DNA from: Cladosporium halotolerans
Lineage: Eukaryota
Direction of reading: 5' to 3'
NCBI RefSeq assembly: GCF_011745625.1
Contig: NW_027191462.1
Span: forward strand, 558,001-622,000
DNA: 64,000 bases
Part shown: positions 62,976-64,000 of the stretch, one piece after another
Layout of the letters: each line of letters opens with the position of its first letter
How positions within the stretch are numbered: the stretch's first letter is position 1
Notes under the pieces: model-generated
What the model was told of the DNA's origin: nothing
Databases searched by the model: none
Seen by the model: only the letters and a program-made list of their open reading frames with translations
Translations under genes and position numbers: made by a program

Positions 62976-64000
62976 TCAAGCGAAATATCTCGGCTCGTCA
63001 AAGACGTGATATCTGTGGCCCCTGACGCCCTGGCCCTTGAAAAGCGCAGGGAAGCGCAAGTCCTCAGGTACCTGGTCTTCAGAAATGATATCGTCAGTGC
63101 CCTCGGGTTGACCGACGACAAACTTGCCGACCTGCAGATCTCTTGTTAGTATCATGCCTTTGTTTACGACCTCAGATGATGGAACACATACCTGAAGTTC
63201 AGTATCGGTGATGGTCGACCGCGAAATGCGGGCATAACCAGCGCGGCGCATGCCCTTGTACAAGATGTACTCGCACCATCTGTCCCAGTCGCTGGGGTCG
63301 ATGTCGCGCATGCCACTGCGCGGGCTGACCCATCCGTTGTAGTTGCCCTGCTTGGGCTTCGTAACCAGGTACGAGAGGAGGATGCTGGGGCGAGATGAGG
63401 AGCCCATGAGAGCGGTCAGATACTCCATCTGCAGCTGCCTATCCTCTGGGTCTTCTTCCTGGCCAGAGTGGAAGACGTAGACATCGATGAGCTCGTCATA
63501 AGCCAGAATCGTGGCTGCGATTGCGGGAGCGAGCTCGCCGTGCGGTGAGGGCAGCAGGTGATGCGTTGAGTTCATGATGGGGAACTTGGACAGGAGAGCG
63601 CAGCCCCAGGTGTGCTTGTTGGGGCCAGGGCCGGCATCGACGTACATGCCGAGCTGCTCGGCGAGGTACTGGGTTGAATCGCGGTTGCCCATGATGATGC
63701 GCTGCTGGTCGCTTTCAAGCAGACCGATGATGTCCAGCTCGGATTCCCGAATGAGGGACTCCATGCGTTTCTCAGACGACCACATGTCATTGTCGAGACT
63801 GAAGTGAATAGTCCAGATGCCAGCATTGAGGGACTTGGATTCTGGGTGGTAAGGAGTGTAGTCGTACGACGGGAAGCGAAGATAAGCAACCGCCATGCTG
63901 ACTAGCTGGAGGGCGAGCAGGATGTAGATGTAGTAGCTTCGCTGCTTTCGCGCTGCCGGGTTGGGCGGCGGCCTCATGCTCTTCTGGCGCTTCGGGGCAT
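62976..64000 (-). CDS. CWH43: Cwh43/PGAP2IP GPI lipid-remodelling protein, C-terminal part
   Basis: [76 protein letters not shown]. Confidence 0.94.
   Translation of the reverse strand, partial: APKRQKSMRPPPNPAARKQRSYYIYILLALQLVSMAVAYLRFPSYDYTPYHPESKSLNAGIWTIHFSLDNDMWSSEKRMESLIRESELDIIGLLESDQQRIIMGNRDSTQYLAEQLGMYVDAGPGPNKHTWGCALLSKFPIMNSTHHLLPSPHGELAPAIAATILAYDELIDVYVFHSGQEEDPEDRQLQMEYLTALMGSSSRPSILLSYLVTKPKQGNYNGWVSPRSGMRDIDPSDWDRWCEYILYKGMRRAGYARISRSTITDTELQVCVPSSEVVNKGMILTRDLQVGKFVVGQPEGTDDIISEDQVPEDLRFPALFKGQGVRGHRYHVFDEPRYFA

Overview
Gene-dense eukaryotic DNA from a filamentous ascomycete. The short GT-AG introns with CTRAC branch sites, high GC3 and gene set point to Pezizomycotina, possibly Dothideomycetes (inference). 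About 31 protein genes and one intron-containing tRNA-His(GUG) can be supported. Most are housekeeping (JJJ1-like, iPGM, Med9, metacaspase, Spt7, importin Kap121, RPS26, Mtf1, AMSH, LETM1-like, mitochondrial carrier, Cwh43) or metabolic/secreted (GST, MFS and amino-acid permeases, two type-B carboxylesterases, GH43, GH3, CE3). Two things stand out. First, an accessory two-gene block at ~53.5-55.8 kb encodes a spliced protein with AbiEii/MenT-like nucleotidyltransferase motifs plus a small partner, which together resemble a bacterial toxin-antitoxin-type module. Second, a non-coding array at ~16.85-17.67 kb has a ~205-227 bp period and palindromic ATCCAC/GTGGAT cores. All calls come from manual reading; no database searches were run.
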